A stretch of DNA of 64,000 nucleotides from Paecilomyces variotii (Eukaryota). A program made the translations under genes and the position numbers. The notes beneath the pieces were generated by a model. That model ran no database searches. It had not been told where the DNA came from and was given only the letters and a program-made list of their open reading frames with translations. Every line of letters starts with the position of its first letter. Position 1 is the first letter of the stretch. The stretch is taken from the NCBI GenBank assembly GCA_004022145.1, contig RCNU01000003.1; one strand, 5' to 3'. Positions 1 to 12,328 of this stretch are shown here, piece after piece.

Positions 1-640
1 CGCCGGGATGAATGGGTAGAAGTGATAACGTCTGGAGAGACTTGAGCGGCGCCTGCTCGACAGCTACTCGTAGAGAGATCAAAGCGTAGTCCACAACACT
101 CCGACGGTAGCGGTGGGCAGGGGCTTGTCCCTCGCAGGTAATCTTGAGTTCTTCTAGATTGTACATGACGGTAAACGCATGGATAAACGAAGGGATGTTC
201 GTAGCCGCATGGAACAGTGGGGGATACTGCTTCACGAGCATGTCTGTCATCTCCCAGCTGCCATATTTGGGTACGCTCAGTCGAGCTATCCCTGTGCGCG
301 GGGGATGGACTTGTGGTTCATAGACGTAAGTCTGCTCCGCGCCAGTGACTGGGTCCAGCAGCGGTGGCAGGAAAGTCTCCTGGGAATGTGGGATCTTAAA
401 CGTCAGGGATTTGACATGATGTCCGATCCGTTCGAGCGCAGCCACTCTCGATGGCCGGGTGAGCGTGCTGCTCCGGAACTGGACTTCGATATCTGCAAAG
501 AGGAACGGAGACGCCTGGATAGCAAAGTCATGACACACCAGGCGTAGTGACCGTAAGACGTCCTTTTCGAGGCAGTCTAAGAACGTCTTGCGCGTGAGAT
601 CTGTCTGCCAGAACTGAACAAGGGCAGGTGCTGGCGCCAT
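1..640 (-). CDS. Conserved-looking fungal hypothetical protein with an F-box-like N-terminus (3' end runs off the window)
   Basis: Not in the ORF track because it is open-ended. ATG at 640 reads MAPAPALVQFWQTDLTRKTFLDCLEKDVLRSLRLVCHDFAIQASPFLFADIEVQFRSSTLTRPSRVAALERIGHHVKSLTFKIPHSQETFLPPLLDP...; 'LRSLRLVCHDF' resembles the end of an F-box motif. Confidence 0.7.
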   Translation of the reverse strand, partial: MAPAPALVQFWQTDLTRKTFLDCLEKDVLRSLRLVCHDFAIQASPFLFADIEVQFRSSTLTRPSRVAALERIGHHVKSLTFKIPHSQETFLPPLLDPVTGAEQTYVYEPQVHPPRTGIARLSVPKYGSWEMTDMLVKQYPPLFHAATNIPSFIHAFTVMYNLEELKITCEGQAPAHRYRRSVVDYALISLRVAVEQAPLKSLQTLSLLPIHPG

Positions 641-2623
641 CGTGACAAGTTCTCATTGCGGCCGAGCACGTGGGATTGATTTGACTCGTGCTGACTTGAG
701 GCAGAAATGGAACAGTAGATTGCACCAGTAAGAAAGGGTATTCAACAGCGGACAGATGATATATGTACAGGAGCCACAGGACAAGACGTAATAAACGCAC
801 AAGCTTTACGTTCAATAATGATAGAAAGTAAAAAGTATTTCCTGTACTTTCAATCCAAAAAGAGACGATAATAGTATTATTCATAGCATTCCTTTTGCAC
901 AGCGGAAGAAACGTGAGGCCACACGCAGGCCATAAATAAACCTACTGTAGTCTGCAGCATGTATTCCAGAACGCTCCGAATAGAGACCGATTTTTCGACT
1001 TCTCAGCCAGTCAAAGATCCTCTTACCTCTTGTGACTCACATTTTAGCTAAAGAAACAAAAGTATTCGCTCGCAGCGGTCGATCTCAGCATCGAGTCCGC
1101 GAGAAACTGTAGACGTGCAGTAGAGCCACACGGGGGCGATCACGGTCGTGACGAGACGGTCCCGACGTGATGAATGGCCAGAGAGCACTCGGGACAAGGC
1201 GAAGATCGAAAAGACGTTGGGAACGTTGAGTCTGCCCCTCATTTTTGGCCGCTATCTGCGAGTATCACTGCGATAGACTAGAGGGGATCCCATGTTTCGA
1301 AACACCCCCCGGATCTTCTTGGCAGCAGATGCAGGTGTCCAGTGTCTGTGGCCGGCGCGTATGTATCGACTTGGCGTGGACGAGCAGATGGCCAGTGGTG
1401 AGTTTGATAGGCTCGACAACTCCGGAGATTTTCGAAGCCATTTAAGACTCTTTTCAGTGCCGCGTCGAGAAAACGCGTACTTATAGACGCGCTCGCGCGT
1501 GTCAGACCGTTCTATCGCGTAACTATACCATAGTACTCTGTACCATAGAACTCTTATTATCGACTTGGGTCAAGTTGCATAATTTATGGAGCAGGAATAA
1601 GCTTGATTATAGTGTTGTCTGCTTGGGTCTGGCAGTGTTATAAATGTGAAGATCTCCGTCTGAAGGGCAGAAGTAACATTGAGATGAGATTGGACGAAAG
1701 CGTGACATGACACGCCTGGTTCTTTGCTTCTAAAGATGTGCCAACGTGCTTTGTTGGGTTGTTTGGATAAACACATAGCATGAAGCAAGTAACATATATA
1801 TATGCACTTAGCTGGACGCTCAATGCAACTTGTAAGTGTGCTATATAGAGATGCCTGAATAGTTAATCAGTATTATGTCTCAAAGGAATAGACATTCCGG
1901 CAACTGCCAACTCCTCCAGCATGTCGCATATAGTGAATCGCCCTATTAACTGTATGCAGAAGAAGAAATTCCTCTGCCCCGGCCATGTATGATTTGAAAT
2001 CTTTTTTCTTCTCTTCCTCCATCGCCATGGCGCCCAGAGAGAAGGAAAAAAGCCTACACTTGCCACCTTCACTTCTCCCACTCAACGCACCCACCGTCTG
2101 CGACACACCAGTTTTGGTCCTTCATTGACCATCTTCCTATTCTGCACTCGTATTCTTTTTCCTATCCAGCTGTGCATTACTTCCCTAATGTCTGCCATAT
2201 TTCACTAGAATCATCGCTGGTTTTGTGTTCCTGGCGGAGTGAGGCTCTGCTACTTAGCAGGTCCAGCCCGCGGATCGCCCGCGTGGCCAAACCCAACTGA
2301 TTGACTTAGCCGTAAATTCCATTTGGTTATCGCGAGCCTCGCAAGCTTAACTTTGATCCAACAGAAAATCAGCAGCTTTCAGCTGCCGCCCGCAACCGAT
2401 TCAGGCTGTCGTAAGGCTGAGGTCGAACCTGCGCGGGAAAAAAACAGAGGCTCGACCTTTGCACCCGCGGTACGCCTTGCAGGGTACAAACAGGTAAATC
2501 GGCCCCTCTCTGTTCGACGGTGTTGCTCACCCTGGAGGTGTTGGCTAGACCGCGTTACGCCTGCTGAGCACACCAACGTTGGAGTTACCTACAACCTAGC
2601 CTCACCAGGAAGATACAAAAATC

Positions 2624-5600
2624 ATGGCTGCCTCCTCCGGTGATGCCGCCATGGAGGACCTCCTCGAAGATCTCTCGCTGCACCACGTCCTGCTGCAAAG
2701 TCTCGAGGAATCACAGCCTGATGATATCGAGAGCAAAGAAGAATTGATGGAAGCCATCAAGAAACTGGAACAGCAGGTGGCGCGCCTGCGTGGAGACCGT
2801 CCTCGTTCGTCGTCAGCAGCGCCCTCGAGATCATCGCATGGGCCATCGCAGCTGGATGGCCCTTTGGACGAGAGGCCAGCAGACTCGTCCAGCATCCCAA
2901 GATGGGGCGGGTCGCAGCAGACGTCTATCGCCAACTCAAGCAATTCCGCATCATCTCAATCTCGTGGACATGTGCCCTATCCAGATACGTCTCGCTTTTT
3001 GCAACCTTTGCCGACACGCAAACGCCAGTATGAAGATGTTGATGCTGGATATATGGGAGAGACTTCGGAGCCAGCCTCAAAGCGGAATACCCCGATGTAT
3101 CCACGTTCTGTCTCATCGACTCCGACGGCTTCAAGCGTTTCCTCTGCCGGTTTCGGGGAAGCTGCTAAATCTAGCGATGCCTTGGAAGCCAGTAGTGAAC
3201 TCCAACAGTTACTGGGTCTTGACAGCCTAGATACCTTTCATGACATGCAGCGACACCAGCAGGAGGCAGAGAAGTGGCTCGAACAACGAAGGGAGCAGGA
3301 ACGTCGGGATGAAGAACTGGCCAGGAAATTGCAAGAAGGATGGGTTGATGGGCCACAGCACCCAACGGCCTCGAGTTCACCCGCCCCCAGCCATGCCACG
3401 CTTGATTCCTTAGCAATGCCCCCTCCGCGCAACCAGAGCCTTGTGGGACATGACACTCGACGAGAGCTGCCCAGTTTTGGTCCGACAGATTTCTTCGCCC
3501 CAAGGTCGCATCAAGTTGGTGCTGCTTCTGCGAGCAGACAGCCGAGAGAGTCCATCGCAAAAGATGAGACGTTGGCCCGGCGCCCTCCGTCGGCTTCCCA
3601 GCTCGACAGTAGCGATAGTGATATTGCAGAGATAACACCCCGAGACTTCGAACGCAGCGCCAGACAGACATACCGTCCGCCGCATTCTTTGCACAACTAT
3701 AACTTTCTCAAGAATTCCGGAAACCATCCTTCGTACTCGTGGAATGCCGGACAGCACAGAGATCCAGGAATTCTAGGCAGCTCTAATGGCTATGTCAATC
3801 CACAGTACGTATATGGTGATATGAACACAGCTGCTCCTCGGAACAGCAACAGCTGGTATGGACCTAACGTCCTCCAAAATACTATGGCGCGACTCAACGA
3901 GACGAAGAAGAAAGTATTCGACAATGCAAGCCAAATGTATCATAGCTTCTCAGGCCCTTCCTCGTCCAACAGTTTCGGCCAGTATTACGGAGATCTGGTC
4001 TCCACTTTTTCAGGCTTTGGCCGCGACGATGAATATGATTATCTGAGGGACAGGTATCGGGACCTGTATGATGACATTTCCTCGGATCCGAAGAAGACGA
4101 CAGAAGAAATCAAGCAGCTATTGGAGACTATTAGACCAGACATGGAACTCGCTATGTCGGGACAGGAAGGAACTCCGGAAGCTTTGAAATACCCCTTGAT
4201 GGAACACCAAAAACTAGGTCTTGCATGGATGAAGTCTATGGAAGAGAGTGAGCAAAAGGGAGGGATTCTTGCCGATGATATGGGCTTGGGCAAGACCATC
4301 CAAGCTCTTGCTCTTATCGTCTCGCGGCCTTCTACCGACCCCGAACGAAAGACAACGCTGATCATTGCCCCCGTGGCTCTGATGCATCAGTGGAAGCGGG
4401 AGATCGAAAGAATGCTCAGGCCTGGAAAGTTTCAGCGGTCCATATACGTGCTTCACGGTGACAAGCGAGCTGTCAAATATAAAGACCTGAAGAAGTACGA
4501 TGTCGTTCTCACCACGTTTGGAACATTAGCTTCTGAATTCAAGCGCCGAGAAGAGTGGAAGGAGAGAAAACGTCGGAATGGGAATATCTCTCATGAAACT
4601 TATAGTCTGCCTATACTCGGACCTGGAAGCAAGTGGTACCGTACAGTCATCGATGAGGCCCAATGTATCAAGAATCGGAACACAAAGGCAGCTCTGGCGT
4701 CCTGTTGCATCGACTCGATCTATCGATGGTGCATGAGCGGTACTCCGATGATGAACAATGTGGGCGAACTGCATTCTTTGCTCAGGTTTCTCCGTATCCG
4801 CCCTTACTGCGAATTGGAGAGGTTCAATGCAGTGTTCACGCGTCCTCTTAAGAGCTCCATCACCAGCGTCCAGGACAAAGCGATGCAGCAGCTGCAAGTG
4901 CTGTTGAAAGCTGTTCTTCTCCGCCGAACCAAGACTTCAGAGATTAATGGCAAGCCCATTTTGCAGCTGCCGCCACGCATTACTGAGGAGGTTCATGCCG
5001 TATTTAGCGACGATGAACAGGAGCTGTACCAGGCTTTGGAGACAAAGACCCAACTCCAGTTCAACAAGTATCTCAAAGCAGGAAGCGTCGGTCGCAATTA
5101 CTCCAACGTTCTTGTGCTGCTTCTCCGACTGCGGCAAGCTTGCTGCCATCCACATCTACTTAGCGATTTCAGCGTGGATGTCAACGCGAGCACGGGAGAA
5201 CTCGACCTTATCGCTAACGCCAAGGTGTTCAGTCAGGAAGTCGTGATCAGACTAAAGGAGAATGACAATCTGGAATGTCCGGTGTGCATCGACGCAGTTG
5301 AGAATCCAATCATTTTCTTCCCTTGTGGACACAGCACATGCGCTGAGTGCTTCGCGAGGATTTCTGACCCAGCTTTAGCTGTGCGGCTGGGTCACGACGG
5401 GTCTGTTGAAGTCAAATGTCCAAACTGCCGTGCCAAGGTCGATCCGAAGAAAGTCACAGACCATGTCTCCTTCAGAAAGGTTCACTATCCGGAGGAGGGA
5501 GGTGAAACCGCTGAAGGTGAAGCCCAGGGGAATGATAATGTGGAAGAAGAAGACACTGATAGCGACGATGATAGTGATGAGGATGATAATGGCAGTCTTT

Positions 5601-6370
5601 CTCGCTTCATCGTTGACGATGAAGAGTACAGTGAGGGCAATTCGAAAACGAAGAAAACCAAGGGTAAAGGTAAAGCGAAGCGTGCTCGCGGACAAAAACG
5701 AACCTTGGCAGAGCTCAAGAAAGAAGGCATGAAGAATGCCAAAGCGAAGCGCAAGTACCTTCGCCGTCTCGAGAAAACCTGGGTGACTAGCGCAAAGATC
5801 GAAAAGACCATGGAAATCTTGGAGCAGACGGAGAGCCGCAGCGAAGGAGAAAAGACGATCATCTTCAGTCAGTTCACTTCGCTTCTTGACCTGCTTGAAG
5901 TCCCGATCATGCGTAAGGGATGGCGATACCACCGCTACGACGGTAGCATGAAACCAGCTGAACGCAACAGTGCGGTCATTGACTTCACCGACAACCCAGA
6001 CTGCAGGGTACTGTTGGTCTCCCTGAAAGCTGGCAACTCTGGTCTCAACCTTGTGGCAGCCTCTCAGGTTATCATCTTCGACCCGTTCTGGAACCCGTAT
6101 ATTGAAGAGCAGGCGATCGACCGCGCACACCGTATCGGTCAAATGCGCGAAGTGCGCGTCCATCGCGTGCTCGTCAAGAACACGGTCGAGGACCGCATTA
6201 TCGCGCTTCAGGAGAAGAAGCGAGAGCTCATTGAGGGTGCTCTTGATGAGAACGCGAGCAAGAACGTATCTCGACTCGGAACAAGAGAGTTAGCGTACCT
6301 CTTTGTAAGTTCTCTCACTGTTCTGCCTTTTCATACGGTCGACTAACTTTCCTAGGGCATCCAAACCTAA
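2624..6370 (+). CDS. SNF2-family helicase/translocase with RING finger (Ris1/Uls1/Rrp2-like)
   Basis: GGILADDMGLGKT (motif I), IDEAQ (motif II), C3HC4 RING CPVC..CGH..C..C..CPNC inserted in the helicase, SLKAGNSGLNL and QAIDRAHRIGQ. Terminal intron 6305-6355 (gtaagt..ctaac..tag), then GIQT* ending at 6370. Confidence 0.92.
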
Positions 6371-7419
6371 GTACGGTGATGAGCATCACAGCACTTCAAT
6401 TTTCTTTCCTGTATTTGAAGTTGTTCCGCTTTTTCATATTCAGGCTCGACGCCTAAGGGAGATACCACGGGGCCCGGCGTTTACTTGGACGTGTTTTCCC
6501 TTCGTTGTATGCACTCATAATTCGCCTGTTGTAATTCTTGATGGATCCGCAGCACCCGTGAATAATACAGCTGCGCGGTGCACCAGACGGGCTAGATTTT
6601 CCTAGACGCACATGAAAGCCCCGTTACACTTGATTACCTGTCATGTACTTTTCCTGGACTTCGTCTTTGGGTATGGGCGGCTTGTTCTTTCTCGCAATGT
6701 TGCCCCTACAGCTAGTTGCTAGCTCAGACATGTCTATTAATGGATTCTTAATGATGGATGGAATTAGCAAGGAAGTTGATATGTTCCTGATTGACTTGGC
6801 ATTATTCGTAACCCCTATCATATGGTTACGTACACTGTATATCCTCTCCTTGAGGACAGTAAATTAAGTATACATATTTTCGGGGAAGCTGGTAGTATGT
6901 GGTTGATGATTATGATGATGTTGGCCTCTTCCCGATATATCTATATGAGCTCCCGACTTGATGCATGTAGTGATATCGAGCCTTTCGATTCCCGAATAAT
7001 GCAGTCATGAGACTAGATCAACTAGATGAGTCTCAGCAGTCGAGATCTGTATGGGAGTTCTGCTTATCGATCCTATGCACTTGCATCTAGAGTTTGGAGA
7101 CGAGAGGTCTAGATGCTATCAATCGCATTGAGTGGAACACGAGCGTTTCCCTGATCGAGTAGGATGTCAGGAATATACATCCTTTACGCTTACTCGACTT
7201 CCTTGTCGCCGGGCCATGCTGGACAACGGGAGACTGGCATACGCAGTTAGCATATTTAAAACAGGAATGGGGAGCAAAAGCGAAGGGCGGTTATCTTACC
7301 TCGGCGCTCTAGTATTTAGGCATCCTTCGCGTTTGCTATGTTAGCTTCAGTAGGGTGGGAAGGCAGTCCAGGCTGCGTCCTACGATGTAGAGTTCCATTC
7401 TCTACTGCGAGATGAATAT

Positions 7420-8456
7420 TCACGGCCCAGATGGTGCTCGTTCTTCGATTGATGCTCCCTGCGGGATGATCTCTCGCCTCGCTTCCACATTGCCATCAAA
7501 CCCAGCAGCGGATAAAATAGCCCAACGCAGCGCGTTGACACCTAACTTCTGACCTGGTCCTATCGAAGTCTCTCCACTGCAAGTCACGATTTCACCCAGT
7601 GCTCCCGGACCTTCCAATCGACCGTCAGGTTGGACCAGCGGTCTGAGATTGTGAAGCGTCTCCTGCAACTTCATAATATTCGCCGGTGCCACTCCGCTTT
7701 TTGCCTGTTTCTTGTTCTTGAATAGGAACTTATCGACCTTGGATACGACGATCTGGTGGGGAATAGCGTATCGTCTGAATAGCATCAGGAGGTCCTCATC
7801 GATCTTCTTCAGGCCATGCGCGCTGTCGATCAAGAGGAAAGCTCGTCGAAGTCTAAATAGATCGAGTTGGTATACATTAGCACAAGACGGGCATTTTGCG
7901 TCGGGACACAGATAGTGGTTCCGTACTGTTTCCTTTCTTTAAGATATTTCATAATTTCCGTCCCCCATTCCTCTCTACTAGCCTTGCCATAGCCGGGCAT
8001 GTCGAGCAAGACAATTTTCGATTCTCCGCCCTTCGTACCTCCGATACCGAACGCGTTCATTTCTCTCGTTCTTCCTGGTTTGGAAGACGTCCAGCACATT
8101 TCCCTACCCATTACTGCATTCAACAGCGAGCTCTTGCCAACATTCGATCGTCCGAGAAAGGCTACTTCAGGCTCTATCGACGAGAGAGGCGTGGTTCGGA
8201 ATTTCGCAGCTGACCATAGCTTGATCGGCCCGTGTCGCGATGGAGCGAAGAATTTTTCCGCGTAAGCGAGTTGAGACGCATTGGGCGCGGGTGTATCCCA
8301 GTAATAAGAAAGATCGGAGGCAGAAAGGTCGCGAAGAGGTATCTTCGTCGGGGTCGTAGGATCGCTGTTCGGGGCGATTGCGGACGAGAATCGCCGCGCG
8401 GAGAGGTATTGCGGTGTCCGACGCAGACAGAATTTGCAAATAATGGGCTTATTCAT
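7420..8456 (-). CDS. EngB/YihA-family GTP-binding protein, probably mitochondrial
   Basis: G1 GRSNVGKS, SSKPGRT, G3 DMPGYG, G4 SKVD. Arg-rich N-terminus resembles a presequence. One intron 7926-7853 (gtacgg..ctaat..tag) joins the two ORFs as ...KQ/LRRAFLLIDS. Confidence 0.9.
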
Positions 8457-8801
8457 TATAGCTGACTGGTTCTTCTAGTTCTGAGACAAGGATCTTTATA
8501 CAGAGAGGGAATGCAATGAGTAGGGAGTGACCAAAATCTACCTAGATCTTGGGTTTCTCCAGATTTTCTAAGTACCTCCGCCTCAAGCAAAGCTCAGGTG
8601 GAACCAAACACGTTGAACTTCCGCCGCGATCTCCGTCCCCGACTGACCCCGCCGCATCAACTCTGATAAGAGCTCCAGCACCGGATTGTTATTGAAGCGC
8701 CCTCTGCACTGGCAGGTTTGAGCGGCACAGAAGCGATTGAACGTTTTCGAGATCATTGTACCTGACTGTATCTTTCCCCGGTTACTCCCAGTTTCGCAAG
8801 C

Positions 8802-9449
8802 ATGATCAACGCTGTCCTCGTCTTCAACAATAATGGGCAACCACGCCTGACCAAGTTCTATACCCAGATTGTGAGCATCTCTTTTCCCAGCCATCTTATC
8901 TATCTCTGTGAATTCCTGGCATCTGCGCATTCTTGCTTTCCTGCTAACCGCACACGCGCGTAGGACACCCAGATGCAACAATCCCTGATTGCGCAAATCT
9001 ACGACTTGGTCTCCCAGCGTCCCTCGACAGCCTGCAATTTTCTCCCTCTGCCTCCCTTGCTTTCTCAGGGCGCTCGTTCCAGCGCTGCAAGTGGCCCCTC
9101 CGATGCTCCGACCCAGATCACCTACCGCACTTATGCCACTTTGTCTTTCATCATGATCTCTACATCCACCGAATCACCGCTCGCATTGATCGATCTCATC
9201 CAGGTGTTTGTCGAGGCGCTGGACCGTCTCTTCGAGAACGTCTGCGAGCTAGACCTCATTTTCGGCTTTGAGACGATGCACGCGACTTTGAGTGAGATGA
9301 TTGTCGGAGGAGTGGTGGTCGAGACCAACCTGGAAAAGATTGTCGCGGGCGTACGAAGTCAGGAGGGAAATAAAGGAAAACGGAGAGCTGTGGAGGCTGC
9401 GAGCACTGTTGGACGGACGGGACTGCCGGGTCTGGGAGCATGGCGCTGA
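8802..9449 (+). CDS. aps3: AP-3 adaptor complex sigma subunit
   Basis: MINAVLVFNNNGQPRLTKFY, YRTYATLSF, IQVFVEALDRLFENVCELDLIF; intron 8871-8963. Confidence 0.92.
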
Positions 9450-9705
9450 ATATGAATATACCCTGGTTTGTCGTGAAAGGTCGCTAACTATTTTTTCTTT
9501 GCTAAGGTTATGATATACGGGTTGCATTTTGGCGTTCTATGCATGTATGGAGTAATACGACGCTATTTTGGAAGATAGCGCTTTTATTTCATGTTCTGAT
9601 ATAGAAACGGGCTCTGTCACTGAATGGTATATATGCATATACATTACTAGTAAATGCCTCGAAGATGATGCCTGAGGCTCCGAACCCGGCGAACCTAGAC
9701 CGAGA

Positions 9706-9735
9706 TAGGGCCTTGCCCTAATTCAATCCACGTGA
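9706..9735 (+). promoter_or_regulatory. Tbf1-like inverted pair (TAGGGC..GCCCTAA) plus Cbf1-type E-box (CACGTGA) upstream of a ribosomal protein gene
   Basis: Sequence tagggccttgccctaattcaatccacgtga, about 150-180 bp upstream of the eL8 ATG. Tbf1+Cbf1 elements are established in Candida ribosomal-protein promoters; function here is inferred. Confidence 0.5.
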
Positions 9736-9887
9736 CCAGCCCGGCTCGCTTGATTCCCGCACTGTTAGCGCGGCCCACAGTTTGCACCGGCGCGAACTTC
9801 TATATCTTGTGCACTTCCGCTCCTCTTTTTTCCTTCCTCCGTTCTGCAGTCCTGTTCCCCAGCGCAGCGGTCAATCAGTCGACAACA

Positions 9888-11082
9888 ATGGTGGTAAGCT
9901 AAAACAATTCCGACTTGATTCTTGAGGAGTCTTCTTGATCTCTGCGAGATGTCGTGAGACTTCCGTATCCGAATCGTTCAAGATTCGGTCACAATGTCTC
10001 GAAAGCAATTCCGCCGATTGCACATGTCCTGAAAATGGCTTGTGCATCGGTGATGATCTGGCTTGAGCCATGAGGGTAGTAGAAATACTCTCTCATGCGC
10101 TCTCTAGAGTTCAAAGAAGATGCCACAATTGGTGAACACGGTTCGCTGACATCTTCTTTTCTCAATGATAGCCCCCTAAGTCCGGTAAGAAGGCCGCTCC
10201 CGCGCCCTACCCCCAGGGTAAGGCCGGTGCTAGCAAGAAGGCCGCCAAGGTATGTACTAATCTGCGTCGATGAATCCTATCATCTGGACTTCTGTGCTAA
10301 CGAAGACACAGAGCCCTCTCATCGAGAAGCGCCCCCGCAACTTCGGTATCGGCCAGGACATCCAGCCCAAGCGCAACCTGTCCCGCTTCGTCAAGTGGCC
10401 CGAATATGTCCGCCTGCAGCGCCAGAAGAAGATCCTGAACATGCGCCTCAAGGTTCCCCCGGCCATTGCTCAGTTCCAGAACACTCTGGACCGCAACACC
10501 GCTGCTCAGACCTTCAAGTTCCTCAACAAGTACCGCCCCGAGTCCAAGGCTGAGAAGAAGGAGCGTCTCCTCCAGGAGGCCACCGCCGTCGCTGAGGGCA
10601 AGAAGAAGGAGGATGTCTCCAAGAAGCCCTACGCCGTCAAGTACGGTCTCAACCACGTTGTCGGTCTCGTTGAGAACAAGAAGGCTTCTCTCGTCCTGAT
10701 CGCCCACGACGTCGACCCCATTGAGCTCGTCGTCTTCCTCCCTGCCCTCTGCCGCAAGATGGGTGTCCCGTACGCCATCGTCAAGGGCAAGGCCCGTCTG
10801 GGAACTGTTGTCCACAAGAAGGTAAATACATCCTCTATTCGGGTAAGATATTCCAGATCATTTCTAACAGCTTTCTTCTAGACCGCTGCCGTCCTCGCCA
10901 TCACCGAGACCCGCGCTGAGGACAAGAGCGAGTTCGCCAAGCTCGTCACTGCCATCAAGGAGGGTTACAGCGACAAGTACGAGGAGAACCGCCGCCACTG
11001 GGGTGGTGGTATCCTCGGTGCCAAGTCCATTGCCCGCCAGGAGAAGAAGCGCAAGGCCGTTGAGAACGCCATCAAGCTCTAA
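9888..11082 (+). CDS. rpl8: 60S ribosomal protein eL8 (L8/L7a)
   Basis: [69 protein letters not shown]; strong C-ending codon bias. Introns: complex intron 9891/9894-10171, 10250-10311, 10822-10881; stop at 11082. Confidence 0.97.
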
Positions 11083-12328
11083 GCGATTCTCGCTTAGAAT
11101 TTGAGCACTTCAAAAAAAAATAAAATAACTTGTTTCTCTACTCGGAGTCAGCGACTTTGAAAGGCGTCTTTTTCTGTTTTCAGCTCCACTAAAGGGGAAA
11201 TGGGAAATGGGCACTTAATGACTGTCATGGCACAATTAGCTTAGATTGACGGCACGCTCCCTCGCGTTCCGTCCCGAGTTACCTGAAAAGAAGAATCCAT
11301 CTCGATGGCAAAAACATTTTCACGTCAGCTCGGGCAGTTCAGTTTCCTTTGGTTCTTACACGGTTTCCAGTTTGCAGATACCCATGAATGCATTTCAAAA
11401 CTCATCTCGCAGTCCTGCTATTACTGATGTGGAAGCATTCGTGAATTCTGCTTCGTAGAGTAAATCAAGCTGTAGCCTGTAGCCTGTGTACCCTACAAAA
11501 TGAACCTGTAGGGTGGTATGGAGTTGCAGGGGATATGTCCTGCAAAAATTTTGTGTTTGCGCCATCAGATGTTGCCTTCTCCCCCTCTCAGCAACCTTAC
11601 TAAACAAATCTACTGTCCTTACAAGTATAAATACATTACAACTCTATATCCTCTAGTAGCAAAACACATCTCTATAAACTAAGTTCTTTATAATTAATAT
11701 CTGAAGATCGAACGCTATTTTCTTTCACCCTTTTCGCATCTCAAGATATACAACAAGAAGAGAGGAAAGGAGCCAGAAACCCCACCACATCTTCCCCCGT
11801 CAGTCAAGGGAAAGAGGGAATATGGATGATAGATGAATAGTGAGAAGAAATAAATTCAATTCAGCAGGGTATCAGAAAAAGGACGACAGGATGATCGGAT
11901 CGGATCGGATCGGACGAATGATAAGTTGCGGAGGATAGGTAAGACCGCGAGAACATGTATGTATGTATGTAGGAGTGGTTAGATAGACGAGAGAGAAACG
12001 GACAAAAGAGGGGCAAGGAAAGGAAGGAAGTAGGTAAGTGTGGACGGATGGATGGATGGATGAAGATTATGTACGAGAAAGTGAGAAGATTCGGGATAAT
12101 AAAAAGAGCTAGTACCAAGGATGAGGCCGAGGAAGGAGAAGTGGCTAAAGAGAAAAAAAGGGAAACAGATGAGGCGATTGGCAATAATGCTTGCGATGGG
12201 TGGTCTCTTCTCTGTCCCTGGTCTATCTTATGAGGTTGGTTCGTTATCACGTCTCTTCCGATCCTTCTTCCACTTTTGTGTGTTGAAATGACTGGTGAGT
12301 CTTTTCGAGACTGTTTTCTTTTGGCTTC

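Noticed and set aside
2400-2470. Minus-strand cccgcgcaggttcgacc resembling a tRNA-Ser T-arm
   Set aside because: No matching acceptor stem, D-arm or anticodon arm could be built.
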